Of a stretch of DNA of 64,000 nt, positions 63,673 to 64,000 are shown in pieces (the stretch's first letter is position 1; each line of letters opens with the position of its first letter). The notes under the pieces were generated by a model. The model made no database searches and was not told the DNA's origin. It saw only the letters and a program-made list of their open reading frames with translations. Source of the DNA: Succinatimonas sp. UBA7265 (GTDB lineage: Bacteria > Pseudomonadota > Gammaproteobacteria > Enterobacterales > Succinivibrionaceae). The position numbers and the translations under genes were made by a program. The stretch lies in assembly GCA_002473165.1 (NCBI GenBank), contig DKSD01000011.1, positions 2,163 to 66,162 of the forward strand, written 5' to 3'.

Positions 63673-64000
63673 TTAGACGAGACTCTGCCCCCAGCCTAAT
63701 TTCTGGCGCAGCAGGCTGTAATAATCATAGCCCTCAGGGTGGATGAGCATCAGCGGCACGCGGTGCTGGCGGATGGAGACCATGCACTTGGTGTCCGTGC
63801 GCATCGTCACCTGGCCGTCGCAGTTGATGGCCACGAGCTCCGGAACCTCGTCAGGCCCCTCAAATTCTATGCGCACGGCGCTCTTGCCCGGGATGATGAT
63901 GGGCGAGCAGTTGAGCGACTGCGGGAACATCGGCACCAACGCCAGCACATCAAGATGCGGCTCGATGATCGAGCCGCCTGCCGAGAGCGAATAGGCCGTC
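63673..64000 (-). CDS. nadK: NAD kinase, C-terminal part (5' end outside the window)
   Basis: The frame is open to the window edge. It reads '..TAYSLSAGGSIIEPHLDVLALVPMFPQSL..' followed by '..IHPEGYDYYSLLRQKLGWG'. The nadK-recN adjacency matches E. coli. Confidence 0.88.
   Translation of the reverse strand, partial: TAYSLSAGGSIIEPHLDVLALVPMFPQSLNCSPIIIPGKSAVRIEFEGPDEVPELVAINCDGQVTMRTDTKCMVSIRQHRVPLMLIHPEGYDYYSLLRQKLGWGQSLV

Overview
High-G+C proteobacterial chromosomal segment. All calls rest on motif and family recognition by eye in the supplied six-frame ORF translations, plus start-codon, RBS and hairpin inspection; no homology search was run.

The backbone is housekeeping:
- Minus strand, 653-8533: a complete ruvCAB / ybgC-tolQRAB-pal-cpoB block.
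- aspS-yebC, rpoD and glk.
- tamA-tamB-hpt plus a Lon-like protease.
- carAB and an msbA-like ABC exporter.
- An unusual co-linear nitrogen-assimilation run, glnA-gltB-gltD-gdhA.
- kdsA-kdsD.
- nadK-recN-GNAT-dapB.

Accessory patches sit between these blocks:
1. A tightly coupled macrodomain / Sir2 (SirTM-like) / GNAT operon, next to an orphan XRE regulator and tRNA-Thr(CGU).
2. A two-partner secretion pair (TpsB plus a short TpsA with GLUG-like repeats and a Pro-rich linker), abutted by a secreted beta-helix repeat protein.
3. An IS4/IS1634-like DDE transposase gene with no recognisable inverted repeats.
4. Two diverged tandem AAA-ATPase_like + PD-(D/E)XK (PDDEXK_9-type) genes of unknown function.
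5. A clearly AT-rich hicAB toxin-antitoxin islet.

The best candidates for something undescribed are the macro-Sir2-GNAT module (no GcvH-L/LplA2 substrate genes), the tandem AAA/PD-(D/E)XK pair, and the atypical TPS locus.

Many long ORFs in the track are antisense or alternative-frame artefacts of the high G+C content and are not called.
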